Notes: generated from the sequence alone by a model not told the origin. A stretch of DNA of 54,409 nt from Candidatus Aerophobota bacterium (GCA_021158005.1 JAGGVN010000129.1:1-54409), one strand, 5' to 3'. Shown: positions 1 through 10,623, numbered from the stretch's first letter. A program made the numbers and translations.

Positions 1-140
1 ATTTTCTTCTCTGGGAGATTGCTTATACGGAATTATGGATTACTCCTGTTTTTTGGCCTGATTTTGGAGAAGAAGACCTCAGGGAAGCTCTTAAAGACTA
101 CGCAAAACGGGAAAGAAGATTTGGAGGTTTAAAAGAATAG
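1..140 (+). CDS. uppS: undecaprenyl diphosphate synthase, C-terminal fragment (5' end outside window)
   Basis: The frame from nt 3 reads [42 protein letters not shown], the conserved cis-prenyltransferase C-terminus. Stop TAG at 138-140. The classic uppS-cdsA-dxr-rseP neighbourhood follows. Confidence 0.85.
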   Translation, partial: FLLWEIAYTELWITPVFWPDFGEEDLREALKDYAKRERRFGGLKE

Positions 141-141
141 A

Positions 142-933
142 TTGTTTTGGAAACGACTAATTATAGCAATTATTTTTATTCCTCTTCTGATTTTATCTAT
201 TTGGAAGGGAACAATAATATTTTTGGGAGTAGTTTGTTTTGTTGTATTAACAGGATTATTTGAGTTTTTCCAGGCCATAGAAAAAGGAGGAAATCCTTTT
301 GTAAGAGAAGCTCTCTTTTTGGGAGGTCTTTATCCTGTGCTTATTTACTTAAAAGGAGAAGAGATTATTCCTCTTTTTCTCCTGATTATCATATTCTTTA
401 TTTTTTTGAGGCAACTCTTAAAATTTGACCCCCGGAATTCTTTTAAAAGTATTTCTTTAAGCTTAGGAGGAATTATTTATATTCCTTTTCTTTTTAGTTT
501 TATAATACTCTTAAGAGAAATCCCTGATTGGGGAACAAAGTTAGTAATTACTCTTTTTTTTGTTACCTGGATGGGTGATAGCGGAGCATATTTTATAGGA
601 ACAAAATGGGGAAAACACAAATCTTTTTCTCGACTTAGCCCCTATAAATCCTTTGAAGGATTTATAGGGGGGGTTTTTACGGCTACAATAGCTATGATCA
701 TTTCCCGAGGATGGCTCCCTTTTTCTCTTATTTCTGCTCTTTTTATGGGAATAATGATGGGTGTAATGGGAGAAATGGGAGATCTTTTTAGCTCTATGAT
801 AAAAAGAGAAGTAGGAATAAAAGATTTTGGAAATATTCTGCCCGGACACGGTGGAATTCTCGATAGATTTGATAGTTTACTTTTTACTACACCTTTATTT
901 TATTATTTTGTTAAATGTTATTTAGTTATTTAA
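142..933 (+). CDS. cdsA: phosphatidate cytidylyltransferase
   Basis: Polytopic membrane protein with GDSGAYFIGTKWGKHK, SPYKSFEG and GHGGILDRFDS signature blocks. TTG start 2 nt after the uppS stop. Confidence 0.93.
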   Translation: MFWKRLIIAIIFIPLLILSIWKGTIIFLGVVCFVVLTGLFEFFQAIEKGGNPFVREALFLGGLYPVLIYLKGEEIIPLFLLIIIFFIFLRQLLKFDPRNSFKSISLSLGGIIYIPFLFSFIILLREIPDWGTKLVITLFFVTWMGDSGAYFIGTKWGKHKSFSRLSPYKSFEGFIGGVFTATIAMIISRGWLPFSLISALFMGIMMGVMGEMGDLFSSMIKREVGIKDFGNILPGHGGILDRFDSLLFTTPLFYYFVKCYLVI

Positions 934-1007
934 ATTAGCACTTACATCCTTTACAGATTGGGTAAATCTTCAAACGCCTATTTGTGGCTTTGATGGATAC
1001 TATTTGA

Positions 1008-2183
1008 TTGAAAGAGGGAAAAGGTGAATTGAAGAAACGAGTGGTAATTTTAGGTTCTACCGGTTCGATGGGAAAACAGGTGCTTGATGTCATTAATAAA
1101 GAGAGGGAGCGTTTTGAAGTGGTAGGGCTTGCTGGAAAAAGTAATCTTGAACTTTTACAAAAACAAGCGGAGGAATTTTCCGTTCCTGTAGTGGCTCTTG
1201 CTGATGAAGAGAAAGCAGAAAAGTTAAGAAAAAGATTGAAAAGGAGAGAAGTTTACGGGGGAAAGAAAGGAATAATAGAGGTTGCTAAATTTACCCCGGC
1301 AGACCTTTTAATTTGCTGTATCGTGGGTAAAGTGGGGCTTATTCCAATAATAGAAGCCATAAAATCGGGTAAAAATGTAGCTTTAGCTAATAAAGAATCT
1401 TTAGTCATTGCTGGAAATATTCTTAAGAATGAGGCCATAAGGAAGAGAGTTAAATTATTCTCCCTTGACAGTGAAGAGATAGCTATTTTTCAGTGTCTTG
1501 AGGGATACAATATTAAAGATGTTGAAAAAATATATCTTACTGCTTCTGGTGGTCCTTTTTGGAAATGGAAAGGGAATTTTGAAGATATTACTCCTGCTCA
1601 GGCTCTTTCCCATCCTCGCTGGAAGATGGGACCTAAAATAAGTCTGGATTCCGCTACATTAATTAATAAAGGATTAGAAGTAATAGAAACTCATTATTTT
1701 TTTGGGATAGAGATAGAGAAAATTAAAATTATCATTCATCCTGATTCTATAGTCCATTCTCTGGTAGAATTTATCGATGGCTCTATCCTTTGCCAGATGG
1801 GTATTACTGATATGCGTCTTCCTATTCATTATATCTTAAATTATCCAGAGAGAAGAAGAGCTCCTCTGCCTTTTTTAAAGCTGGATACGATAAGAAAAAT
1901 TAGTTTTGAACCCCCTGATTTCCAGAAATTTCCTGGACTGCGATTGGCTTACTGGGCCGGAAAGGAAGAGGGGACTTTACCGGCGGTCTTTAGTGCCGCT
2001 GATGAAGTAGCTGTAGAAGCATTTCTAAAAAGAAAGATAAAATTTCCTCAGATTGTTCCCTTAATCGAAGAGGTAATGAAGAGACATAAGATATTATCTA
2101 ATCCTTCTCTGGAGGAGATTTTAAATGCAGATGAATGGGCGAGAAAGGAAGCTTATCAATTGCTTGAGAGGGGGTATTTATGA
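1008..2183 (+). CDS. dxr: 1-deoxy-D-xylulose 5-phosphate reductoisomerase
   Basis: ILGSTGSMGKQVLDV NADPH-binding start; SHPRWKMGPKISLDSATLINKGLEVIE block. The exact start is uncertain (TTG 1008 or a downstream GTG). Confidence 0.93.
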   Translation: MKEGKGELKKRVVILGSTGSMGKQVLDVINKERERFEVVGLAGKSNLELLQKQAEEFSVPVVALADEEKAEKLRKRLKRREVYGGKKGIIEVAKFTPADLLICCIVGKVGLIPIIEAIKSGKNVALANKESLVIAGNILKNEAIRKRVKLFSLDSEEIAIFQCLEGYNIKDVEKIYLTASGGPFWKWKGNFEDITPAQALSHPRWKMGPKISLDSATLINKGLEVIETHYFFGIEIEKIKIIIHPDSIVHSLVEFIDGSILCQMGITDMRLPIHYILNYPERRRAPLPFLKLDTIRKISFEPPDFQKFPGLRLAYWAGKEEGTLPAVFSAADEVAVEAFLKRKIKFPQIVPLIEEVMKRHKILSNPSLEEILNADEWARKEAYQLLERGYL

Positions 2184-3214
2184 TCGTCACTGTAGTTTCT
2201 ATCATTCTTGTTTTTTTTCTTCTTATCTTCCCTCATGAATTGGGACACTTTTTGTTAGCCAAAATCTGGAACATTCGTGTAGATAAATTTTCCTTAGGGA
2301 TGGGCCCTAAACTTTTTAGCTTTAAGAGGGGTGAGACAGAATATCTCATTTCCTGGTTACCTATTGGAGGATATGTGAAAATAGCGGGGATGCAACCAGG
2401 GGAAGAGAATGTAGAGAGAGGTTTCCAGAAGCAATCCTTAGGAAGACGAATCCTAGTACTATTAGCAGGTTCATTTGCCAATTATTTGGTAGCTATTATT
2501 TTATTTACTTTAATCTTTATGGTAGGTTTTTGGACCTTTCAGGTAGATATACCCATTATTGGTGAAGTAAAGGATGGTTCTCCGGCTGCTTTAGCCAATC
2601 TTACTCCTGGGGATAAAATTCTCAAGATAAACGGTAAAAAGATAGGAAAATGGGAAGATATAGCTATGACTATAGAAGAAAATAAAGAAGAGGAAACTTT
2701 GACCTTAGAGATTCAGAGAGAAAAAGAGATTTTTACCGTTACTCTGACACCTGCTTTTGATCCTGATTTAAATAAAAAAGTAATCGGAATTACTCCTCTT
2801 AAAGTTTTTAAAAGATGTAATCCTTTAGTAGCCTTAATTGAAGGAGCAAAAGAATCTTTTATGATAACCGGATTAATTTTTATCTCTATAGGAGGAATGA
2901 TTACCGGTAAAGTTCCCCTAGAATTTGCCGGACCTGTAGGAATTGTTCAATTTGTAAGAGAGAGTGCACATTTAGGTGTAATTTCTCTTTTATCCCTCGC
3001 GGCTTTTTTAAGTATTAATCTTGCATTATTTAACCTTTTTCCTATCCCTGTCTTGGATGGAGGAAGGCTTTTTCTTTTACTATTAGAGAAAATCAGAGGT
3101 AAAGCTCTTGGTCTGGAGAAAGAGGCTATAATAAACTATATAGGTTTTATAATTATAATATTTTTGTTTTTTTTAGTAACTTACCAGGATATATTAAGGA
3201 TAATGGGGGGCTAA
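2180..3214 (+). CDS. rseP: RIP site-2 metalloprotease (M50 family) with PDZ domain
   Basis: HELGHF zinc motif at the N-terminus, a PDZ-like GDKILKINGKKI segment, and a C-terminal NLFPIPVLDGG motif. 4-nt overlap with dxr. Confidence 0.92.
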   Translation: MIVTVVSIILVFFLLIFPHELGHFLLAKIWNIRVDKFSLGMGPKLFSFKRGETEYLISWLPIGGYVKIAGMQPGEENVERGFQKQSLGRRILVLLAGSFANYLVAIILFTLIFMVGFWTFQVDIPIIGEVKDGSPAALANLTPGDKILKINGKKIGKWEDIAMTIEENKEEETLTLEIQREKEIFTVTLTPAFDPDLNKKVIGITPLKVFKRCNPLVALIEGAKESFMITGLIFISIGGMITGKVPLEFAGPVGIVQFVRESAHLGVISLLSLAAFLSINLALFNLFPIPVLDGGRLFLLLLEKIRGKALGLEKEAIINYIGFIIIIFLFFLVTYQDILRIMGG

Positions 3215-3218
3215 GAGA

Positions 3219-4256
3219 ATGTTGATTTCTGGAAATGAGGCTTTAGCTGAAGGAGCTATTCGTGCAGGGTGCCGATATTATTTTGGTTATCCTATTACTC
3301 CCCAATCAGAAATTCCCGCTTATATGTCCTGGAGAATGAGAGAAGTGGGAGGGACTTTTCTCCAGGCAGAGAGTGAAGTGGCCGCTATTAATATGGTCTA
3401 TGGAGCCTCGGCAGCAGGAGTTAGAGTAATGACTTCTTCTTCTAGTCCGGGAATTAGCTTAATGCAAGAGGGCATTTCTTACTTATCAGCAGCGGAACTA
3501 CCGGCTGTAATTATTAATGTAATGAGAGGGGGGCCGGGACTGGGTAATATTGCTCCCTCTCAATCTGACTATTTTCAGGCTACTCGGGGAGGAGGACACG
3601 GAGATTATCATTGTGTAGTTTTGGCACCAGCCTCAGTGCAAGAGATGGCTGATATTCCCTTCTTAGCTTTTGAGATAGCCGATAAGTATCGAAACCCGGT
3701 GATAATCCTTGCTGACGCTATTTTGGGTCAGATGATGGAAGAAGTGAAGTTTAAAGATTTCGAGAGAATAAAAGAGAAAAAAAAATGGGCAGTAAGCGGA
3801 GCTAAAGGAAGAAAACCTAATGTGATAAAATCTCTATATTTACAAGAAGGATATTTAGAGGAGCATAATAAAAGATTGCAACAAAAATACGCGCGGATGG
3901 TTAGAGAGGAAGTAAGATACGAGCTCTTCGGGGAAGAGAGACCCGATATTCTTTTAGTAGCTTATGGAAGTATGGCTCGAATATGTAGAGAAGTAATAAA
4001 TAAATTGGAGAAAAGAAGAAAAATCTGCTTACTTCGGCCAATTACGCTCTGGCCTTTTCCTTATAAAGTGATTAGTAAATTAGTTAAGGAAATAAAATTT
4101 ATTTTTGTAGTAGAAATGAGTGAAGGACAAATGCTCCAGGATGTGAAATTAGCCACTGAAGGGGAAAAGATTCCTGTCCACTTTTATGGAAGACTCGGGG
4201 GAGGAATCCCTACTCCGATAAAAATAATGGAGGAGATTTTAAAATATGGAGATTAA
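3219..4256 (+). CDS. 2-oxoacid:ferredoxin oxidoreductase alpha-type subunit (KorA/VorB-like)
   Basis: N-terminus [29 protein letters not shown] and [29 protein letters not shown] are typical of the OFOR alpha subunit. No beta, gamma or delta partner is adjacent. Confidence 0.8.
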   Translation: MLISGNEALAEGAIRAGCRYYFGYPITPQSEIPAYMSWRMREVGGTFLQAESEVAAINMVYGASAAGVRVMTSSSSPGISLMQEGISYLSAAELPAVIINVMRGGPGLGNIAPSQSDYFQATRGGGHGDYHCVVLAPASVQEMADIPFLAFEIADKYRNPVIILADAILGQMMEEVKFKDFERIKEKKKWAVSGAKGRKPNVIKSLYLQEGYLEEHNKRLQQKYARMVREEVRYELFGEERPDILLVAYGSMARICREVINKLEKRRKICLLRPITLWPFPYKVISKLVKEIKFIFVVEMSEGQMLQDVKLATEGEKIPVHFYGRLGGGIPTPIKIMEEILKYGD

Positions 4257-4740
4257 AGGTAAAGTAGTGAAATATGGAGATAATATAAATACTGATGAGA
4301 TTATTCCCGCAAGGTTTTTAAATACCTCTAAGGCGAAAGAGTTAGCCAGACATTGTATGGAAGGGATTGATAAAGATTTTTTGAAAAAGATAAAGGAGAA
4401 AAAAATTCTGGTTGCGGGGAGAAATTTTGGTTGTGGGTCCTCAAGAGAACATGCTCCGCTGGCTTTAAAAGAAGCGGGAATCAAGTGTATTGTTGCCTCT
4501 TCTTTTTCTCGCATTTTTTTTCGTAATGCTATCAATATTGCTCTTCCTATTATCGAATTTCGAGAAGCAATAGAGAAAATTTGCGAGGGAGATACCTTAG
4601 AAATAGACATAAATAAAGGTTTAATTAAAAATCTTACCCGGGGGGAGAGTTACTCAGTAACTCCCTTTCCTCCTTTTCTCCAGAAGATTATGGAGAAGGG
4701 AGGATTAGAAGGGTATATAAAGATGAGGATGAATAAATGA
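4246..4740 (+). CDS. leuD: 3-isopropylmalate/citramalate-pathway dehydratase small subunit
   Basis: 164 aa. [15 protein letters not shown] and [18 protein letters not shown] motifs of the short LeuD/aconitase swivel domain. Confidence 0.88.
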   Translation: MEIKGKVVKYGDNINTDEIIPARFLNTSKAKELARHCMEGIDKDFLKKIKEKKILVAGRNFGCGSSREHAPLALKEAGIKCIVASSFSRIFFRNAINIALPIIEFREAIEKICEGDTLEIDINKGLIKNLTRGESYSVTPFPPFLQKIMEKGGLEGYIKMRMNK

Positions 4741-6296
4741 GAAGAGTGAAGATTTACGATACAACTTTGCGAGATGGCACTCAGGCAGAGGGTGTTTCTT
4801 TTTCTGTTCTGGATAAGATAGAAATAGCTAAGGAGCTGGATAAATTAGGTATTGAATATATTGAAGGAGGATGGCCAGGTTCTAACCCCAAGGATATGGA
4901 ATTTTTTAAGAAGATAAAAAATATTCATCTTAAAGAAGCTAAAATAGCTGCTTTTGGCTCTACCAGAAGAAAAGATAAAAAGGTGGAAGATGACCCCAGT
5001 ATTTTTGCTCTCCTGAAAGCAGAGACACCCGTGGTTACTATTTTTGGTAAGAGTTGGGTTCTTCATGTAGAAAGAGCTTTGAGAACAAATAAAGATGAGA
5101 ACTTGAGGATGATAAAAGATTCAATTAGCTTTTTCAAAAAGAGAGGAAGGGAAGTGATCTTTGATGCTGAACACTTTTTCGATGGATATAAAGACGACCC
5201 TCAATATGCTTTAAAGACTTTAAAAGTGGCTTATGAGGCGGGAGCAGATTGTCTGGTTCTTTGCGATACAAATGGAGGAACTATGCCTTATGAGATAGAG
5301 GAGATTATCCAGAAGGTTCAGCAAAATATTTCTTCTCCTCTGGGGATCCATAGTCATAACGACTCGGGGGTAGCTATTGCTAACTCTATTATTGCCGCAA
5401 AAATGGGAGTAGAACATATCCAGGGAACCATAAATGGATATGGAGAAAGATGTGGAAATGCGGATCTTTGTGTGGTTATTCCTAATCTTCAACTAAAACT
5501 GGGGATTAATTGCCTTCCTGAAGAAAGGTTAACCTCTCTTACGCATCTTTCTCATCTCGTTAATGAATTAGCTAATATTTCTCCTGACATTCATCAGCCT
5601 TATGTGGGAAAATCTGCTTTTGCCCATAAAGGGGGGATACATGTAAGTGCTATTTCCAGAGATGAAAGAACTTACGAACACATAAATCCCTCTTTAATAG
5701 GAAATAAAAGAAGGGTATTAATTAGTGAGTTATCCGGAAAGAGCAATATTCTTTATAAACTTAAAAGAAGGGGAGAGAAATTAGAAGATATTTCTTTAAG
5801 TAAAGAGGTTCTTAGCCGTGTTAAAAAGCTGGAAAGTGAGGGATATGAATTTGAGGGAGCCGAAGGTTCTTTTGATATTTTAGTAAAGAAAGCCAGCGGA
5901 AAATATAAGAAGTTCTTTAAAGTGGAGAGTTTCCGGGTTAGTGTAGAAAGAAGAGAGAATGAAAGAGTAATTTCCGAAGCTACAGTAAAATTAAAAATAG
6001 GAAAAAGGATTATGCATACTGTAGCTGAAGGTAATGGCCCGGTTAATGCCTTAGATAATGCTCTGCGCAAAGCATTAGAAGAGGTATATCCTGAACTTTC
6101 TCAAATACATTTAACTGATTATAAAGTAAGAATTCTGGATTCAAAAGCAGCCACACGAGCCAAAACCAGGGTATTAATTGAGTCTTCTGATGGTAAAGAA
6201 CGATGGGGGACAGTAGGATTGTCTACTAATATTATTGAAGCTAGCTGGGAAGCTCTTCTTGACTCTATTGAATATAAACTTCTTAAGGAACGGTAG
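4737..6296 (+). CDS. cimA: (R)-citramalate synthase
   Basis: [48 protein letters not shown] is the long-form CimA signature. A C-terminal LeuA-dimer-like regulatory domain is present. 4-nt overlap with leuD. Confidence 0.88.
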   Translation: MRRVKIYDTTLRDGTQAEGVSFSVLDKIEIAKELDKLGIEYIEGGWPGSNPKDMEFFKKIKNIHLKEAKIAAFGSTRRKDKKVEDDPSIFALLKAETPVVTIFGKSWVLHVERALRTNKDENLRMIKDSISFFKKRGREVIFDAEHFFDGYKDDPQYALKTLKVAYEAGADCLVLCDTNGGTMPYEIEEIIQKVQQNISSPLGIHSHNDSGVAIANSIIAAKMGVEHIQGTINGYGERCGNADLCVVIPNLQLKLGINCLPEERLTSLTHLSHLVNELANISPDIHQPYVGKSAFAHKGGIHVSAISRDERTYEHINPSLIGNKRRVLISELSGKSNILYKLKRRGEKLEDISLSKEVLSRVKKLESEGYEFEGAEGSFDILVKKASGKYKKFFKVESFRVSVERRENERVISEATVKLKIGKRIMHTVAEGNGPVNALDNALRKALEEVYPELSQIHLTDYKVRILDSKAATRAKTRVLIESSDGKERWGTVGLSTNIIEASWEALLDSIEYKLLKER

Positions 6297-6475
6297 TTCT
6301 AAGGTCTCCAGGGCTATTTTAATGAAGGAATATCTAAATTTGCTTTATAGGAAATTGGTAAGTATCCCTGAGGATATCCGGAATAAACCCTCTATCCAAA
6401 TAATTTGTAGTGTTAAAAATTATTTCCACAAAATAGCCTCAGTGCTTATTTTTTTTCAAAAAGAAGATGCGGAAT

Positions 6476-6503
6476 TTGACAAAGGAAGAAAATATACTAT
6501 ATT
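6476..6503 (+). promoter_or_regulatory. sigma-70-type promoter upstream of the Cas6-family gene
   Basis: TTGACA (6476-6481), a 16-nt spacer, TATATT (6498-6503), about 30 nt upstream of the GTG start at 6533. Confidence 0.55.
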
Positions 6504-6532
6504 AACATAAAATCGAAGAAGGGGCGATAAAT

Positions 6533-7501
6533 GTGGGAAACTCTTCCCAACAAGATTTAAAACATCTTTCTCTGGCAAAATATAAATTTATTATCCAAGC
6601 CAGAGAAAAATTAATTCTTCCTTTTTTTAAAGGATTTACCCTGCGGGGAGGATTCGGTTCTGTTTTTCATAAGATTGTTTGTATAAATAAACAAACAGAT
6701 TGTTCTCATTGTCTTCTAAAAGATAAATGCATTTATCCTTACATTTTTGAGACTTTTCCTCCGAAAAATGTTTACCATTTGAGTAAATATAGAAGTATTC
6801 CCCGTCCTTTCATTATTGAACCCCCTCTTGAAAAGAAACGAGAATACTCTCCCGGGGAAATTTTTTCCTTTAATCTTATCCTTATAGGAAGAGCTATTGA
6901 GTATCTTCCTTATTTTATTTTTACTTTTTCCCGTCTGGGAGATGTTGGGTTAGGCAGGAAAAAAGCCCGTTATAAACTGATCCGTGTAGAATCTTCTAAT
7001 AATTTCCAGAAAAAGGAAATTATCTATGATGGAGAGCATCAGACTTTAAAGAATGTGAATATTCAAATTGACATTTCCAGTATTTTTTCTTCTTTAGTGG
7101 TGAGAAACCAACCTATTTTAATTAAATTTATAACTCCTATGAGAATAAAATATCAAGGGAGTTATACTTCTTACCCTCATTTTCATATCCTCTTACGCTC
7201 TCTTTTGCGACGTCTTTCCTCCCTTCTTTATTTTCATTGTGGGAAAGAATTAAATATTAACTATAAGGAAGTAATCCGCGAGTCCGAAGAAATAAAGGTT
7301 TCAGATGTGAGTGTAGAATGGGTGGACTGGGAGAGGTATTCCAATCGTCAGGAGCAGAGGATGAAATTGGGAGGATTCATCGGGAGTGCTCTCTACGAAG
7401 GAGATATTGGTAAATTCCTTCCTTTTCTTAAGATAGGTGAATATACTCACCTGGGGAAAGCGGCAGTCTTTGGATTGGGTAAATATGAGCTCTATATATG
7501 A
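6533..7501 (+). CDS. stand-alone Cas6-family RAMP protein (DUF2276-type, Cys-rich insert)
   Basis: N-terminal LPFFKGFTLRGGFGSVFHKIVC..CSHCLLKDKCIYPYIFE block; PRPFIIEPP; RYSNRQEQRMKLGGFIG; C-terminal glycine-rich RAMP loop HLGKAAVFGLGKYEL. GTG start preceded by GAAGGGG. Confidence 0.7.
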   Translation: MGNSSQQDLKHLSLAKYKFIIQAREKLILPFFKGFTLRGGFGSVFHKIVCINKQTDCSHCLLKDKCIYPYIFETFPPKNVYHLSKYRSIPRPFIIEPPLEKKREYSPGEIFSFNLILIGRAIEYLPYFIFTFSRLGDVGLGRKKARYKLIRVESSNNFQKKEIIYDGEHQTLKNVNIQIDISSIFSSLVVRNQPILIKFITPMRIKYQGSYTSYPHFHILLRSLLRRLSSLLYFHCGKELNINYKEVIRESEEIKVSDVSVEWVDWERYSNRQEQRMKLGGFIGSALYEGDIGKFLPFLKIGEYTHLGKAAVFGLGKYELYI

Positions 7502-7633
7502 AGGGATGGCCGCGTTTTTCTTCGGAAAACTCACAATGATAAAAAGATATTAGTAGAACTAAACTATCAGGAAAAACTAAACCTTTTTAATTTTGTTATG
7601 GATAAAAATATAATATAGCAGCGGGAGAGTAGA

Positions 7634-8137
7634 ATGGGTAAAAAAATTGGTGAAGGTTTAATATTAATTTTTTTACTGATTTTAGCTTCTGGAGGATTTG
7701 CGGAAGAAAGACCCCAGAATGTAGTAAGTTTTGACTTAATTGAATTAGCTGGTGGAGCTTTTAACTTCGGCTATGAAAGGGTTCTTTCGCCTAAGGTATC
7801 TTTTGATGTTAATCTGGCCCTGGGTAGTAGCGAGGAAACGGTCCCTGTTAGAGGAGCTATTGGTGTAAGACACTACCTATTTGAGTCAAAGGCTCCCGAG
7901 GGATTTTGGGCCGGTATTTGTGCATATTTTGCTGCTCCCCCCGAAGAATCCCTTAAGTATGTTTCCGTAGAGACCGTAGGCGGAGGGCTCAATGTTGGCT
8001 ATAAAGCTTTTTTGCCTGATAACTTCAATCTGGAAGGCTTCTTAGGTTACTACTTGCTCATTGAAAAAGAAGAATTATTACCGGCTGTCTCTATTCGAGG
8101 GATAACTGTATCTTTTAGAATAGGTCGAGCATTCTGA
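7634..8137 (+). CDS. small secreted beta-barrel-type outer-membrane protein (hypothetical)
   Basis: Signal peptide LILIFLLILASGGFA/EE, alternating beta-strand pattern, and a C-terminal ...FRIGRAF ending in Phe as in OMP sorting signals. Confidence 0.5.
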   Translation: MGKKIGEGLILIFLLILASGGFAEERPQNVVSFDLIELAGGAFNFGYERVLSPKVSFDVNLALGSSEETVPVRGAIGVRHYLFESKAPEGFWAGICAYFAAPPEESLKYVSVETVGGGLNVGYKAFLPDNFNLEGFLGYYLLIEKEELLPAVSIRGITVSFRIGRAF

Positions 8138-8165
8138 AGAAAAATTGGAGAAGGAGGTAGATTAA

Positions 8166-10100
8166 ATGTCTATTTATGAGGAAAAGAAGAAAGGGATTGT
8201 TCATACTGACAATAGTCCTTTTGTAAAACTTAAGTCTGTTCCCATAAGTGCGGTTACGATGAATGATGGTTTTTGGAAAAAAAGGATGAAGAAGAATGTT
8301 CAAGCGGGTATTCCTTCAATATACCGTTTATTTAAGGAAAAAGGAATCTTTGATAATTTTATTAGAGTCTATAAAAGTGAGCATTCTCAGAGAAGAGGTC
8401 CCCTTTTTACCGATTCTGATGTGTATAAATGGATGGAAGCTTTATCCTTTGTTTTACAATCAGAGGATAATTCCGGGATAAAAAATATGCTTGATGAGGT
8501 GATTGAGATTATTCTTCCTGCTCAGGGTAAAGATGGGTATCTTAATACCTACTTTGTTGAAGAGAAAAGTAAAGAAAGATTTAAAAGATTAGAGACCGAC
8601 CATGAGCTTTATTGCGCGGGGCATTTCTTTCAGGCAGCTATTGCTCATCACAGGGCAACAGGGGATAGAAGATTGTTAAATGCAGCTATTAAGTTTGCTG
8701 ATTATTTATGCAAGGTATTTGGCCCGGGAAAAAGAGCAGGATGGGCAGGTCATCCCGAGATAGAAATGAGTCTTATTGAGCTTTACAGAGAGACAGGGAA
8801 TAAGGAATATTTAAGGTTAGCAGGATTTTTCTTGAAACAAATGAAGTTTACTTCTTTACGGGAAATTATAGGCCATGCGGTAAGAGCAGTATATTTATGC
8901 TCGGGTGCTGCAGACTATTATGCAGAAACAGGAGAGGAAGAATTCTGGGACTCATTAATTTCTCAGTGGAAGAGTATGGTAAAGACAAAAAGTTATCTTA
9001 CTGGAGGAGTGGGTTCGAGATATCAGGGGGAAGCTTTTGGTGCTCCTTATGAACTTCCTAATGAAGGGGCATATGCAGAAACCTGTGCGGCTATCGGGTC
9101 CATTTTTTGGAACTGGCGTATGCTTTTAATAACCGGTGAAGCAAAGTTTGCTGATGTTATAGAACGGACTCTCTATAACGGATTTTTATCAGGAGTCTCG
9201 TTAAGTGGAGATAAATATTTTTATGTCAATCCTCTTACTTTTTCTCCGGCAAGTCTATTTACTAATACGACTCCTCCTCTCTGGGATAGAAGGGGAAAAG
9301 GCCCGAGAATGCGCTGCGTGGGAAGAAGACAACCCTGGTATGATTGTACTTGTTGCCCCACCAATGTTTTAAGAATGATAGCTTCTCTACCGGGGTATTT
9401 TTTTAGTATTAGTAAAGAAGGAGTATGGATCCATCTTTATGATAATTGCAGTTTAAATTACCATCTTTATAAGGGAACGGAATTTACCCTTCATCAGAAA
9501 AGTAATTATCCCTGGGAAGGGAAAATCGAGATGGAGATTTTTCCTGAAAGAGAAGAAAGATTCTCTCTGTTTTTAAGAGTCCCTTCCTGGTGTGAGAAGA
9601 TAAAAATAATAGTGAACGGAAAGGATATACCTGTAAAACCAGTAAAAGGGTATCAGAGGGTAAATCGTGTATGGAAAAAGAGAGATAAAATATTGCTTGA
9701 CCTGGAGATAAAAACTAAGATTATGGTCTCTCATAGAAAAATTAGAGAAAATATAGGAAAAATTGCTCTTCAAAGAGGACCTTTGGTCTACTGTTTTGAA
9801 GGAATAGATAATCCGGGGATCTCTGTTTTGGAAGCAGCCCTTAAAATAAATAAAGAAGATCAAAATCTTACTTCTCTTGAAGAAAATTATGAGGAGATTT
9901 CTGGGGAGATGGTTAGAAGTTTAAAATGTAAAGGGGTTATTCCTTCTTCTTTAAAGAATGAGACTTATCTTTATGGGGTATTTAAAAGAGAATTTTCTGA
10001 AAGGTATAAAGATATTTCTCTGGTAGCTATTCCTTATTATACCTGGGCAAATCGTAAACTTTCTGAAATGACGGTGTGGATTCCTTACATTTTATCTTGA
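8166..10100 (+). CDS. glycoside hydrolase family 127 (beta-L-arabinofuranosidase-like, DUF1680)
   Basis: HELYCAGHFFQAAIAH, GHPEIEMSLIELYRETG, YAETCAAIGSIFWNWRM and a Cys cluster CVGRRQPWYDCTCCPTN match the GH127 pattern. No signal peptide. Confidence 0.82.
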   Translation: MSIYEEKKKGIVHTDNSPFVKLKSVPISAVTMNDGFWKKRMKKNVQAGIPSIYRLFKEKGIFDNFIRVYKSEHSQRRGPLFTDSDVYKWMEALSFVLQSEDNSGIKNMLDEVIEIILPAQGKDGYLNTYFVEEKSKERFKRLETDHELYCAGHFFQAAIAHHRATGDRRLLNAAIKFADYLCKVFGPGKRAGWAGHPEIEMSLIELYRETGNKEYLRLAGFFLKQMKFTSLREIIGHAVRAVYLCSGAADYYAETGEEEFWDSLISQWKSMVKTKSYLTGGVGSRYQGEAFGAPYELPNEGAYAETCAAIGSIFWNWRMLLITGEAKFADVIERTLYNGFLSGVSLSGDKYFYVNPLTFSPASLFTNTTPPLWDRRGKGPRMRCVGRRQPWYDCTCCPTNVLRMIASLPGYFFSISKEGVWIHLYDNCSLNYHLYKGTEFTLHQKSNYPWEGKIEMEIFPEREERFSLFLRVPSWCEKIKIIVNGKDIPVKPVKGYQRVNRVWKKRDKILLDLEIKTKIMVSHRKIRENIGKIALQRGPLVYCFEGIDNPGISVLEAALKINKEDQNLTSLEENYEEISGEMVRSLKCKGVIPSSLKNETYLYGVFKREFSERYKDISLVAIPYYTWANRKLSEMTVWIPYILS

Positions 10101-10619
10101 AGGAGAGATATTTTCTCTCTTTATTAAGTTAAAAGCTAATTCTACAGCTTCTTTTGCTGAATGGGTTATATAAGGTTTTGGAGTGAAATTTTTTAATAAT
10201 TTTTCTTTGCTGAGAATATCTATCCATCCTCCGCTATTTTTTATGAGAATGGTGGGTTTGCCAATATTCATAGCCAGGGAGATTTCGTTAAGAGTGCCCC
10301 ATCTTCCGGCAATTCCAATTACCGCATCAGCGGCATTTATTAAGATATAATTTCTCATAAACCCCAAATGAGTGGGAATAGAAATATCTATAAATCTGTT
10401 TGCTTCTTCCCTGGAACCAGGTAAGATGCCCACGGTTATTCCTCCCTCTTTTTTTGCTCCCCTTGCTGCCGCTTCCATAACTCCTCCTCTACCTCCACAC
10501 AACAATATTCCTTCTCTTTGGGCAATATGTTTTCCTACTTCTTCGGCAACTTTTAAGATAGAAGGGGTAAGATTTTTATCTCCACTATCACTTCCAGAAA
10601 CAGCAATAAGTTTTTTCAT
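10092..10619 (-). CDS. TIGR00725-type SLOG/LOG-like Rossmann protein
   Basis: 175 aa. IAVSGS..., LLCGGRGGVMEAAARGAKKEGG, VGILPG and GIAGRWGTLNEI blocks. Lies directly downstream of valS. Confidence 0.75.
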   Translation of the reverse strand: MKKLIAVSGSDSGDKNLTPSILKVAEEVGKHIAQREGILLCGGRGGVMEAAARGAKKEGGITVGILPGSREEANRFIDISIPTHLGFMRNYILINAADAVIGIAGRWGTLNEISLAMNIGKPTILIKNSGGWIDILSKEKLLKNFTPKPYITHSAKEAVELAFNLIKRENISPSR

Positions 10620-10623
10620 CTTC

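Noticed and set aside
6235-6510. 91-aa ORF spanning the cimA 3' end and the following intergenic region.
   Set aside because: It overlaps the cimA C-terminus out of frame, has no RBS or recognisable motif, and runs through the predicted promoter of the Cas6-family gene.
6297-7633. Expected CRISPR repeats or a leader next to the Cas6-family gene.
   Set aside because: I read both flanks for direct repeats of 25-40 nt with regular spacing and found none. The only structure is a single small hairpin at 7515-7531.
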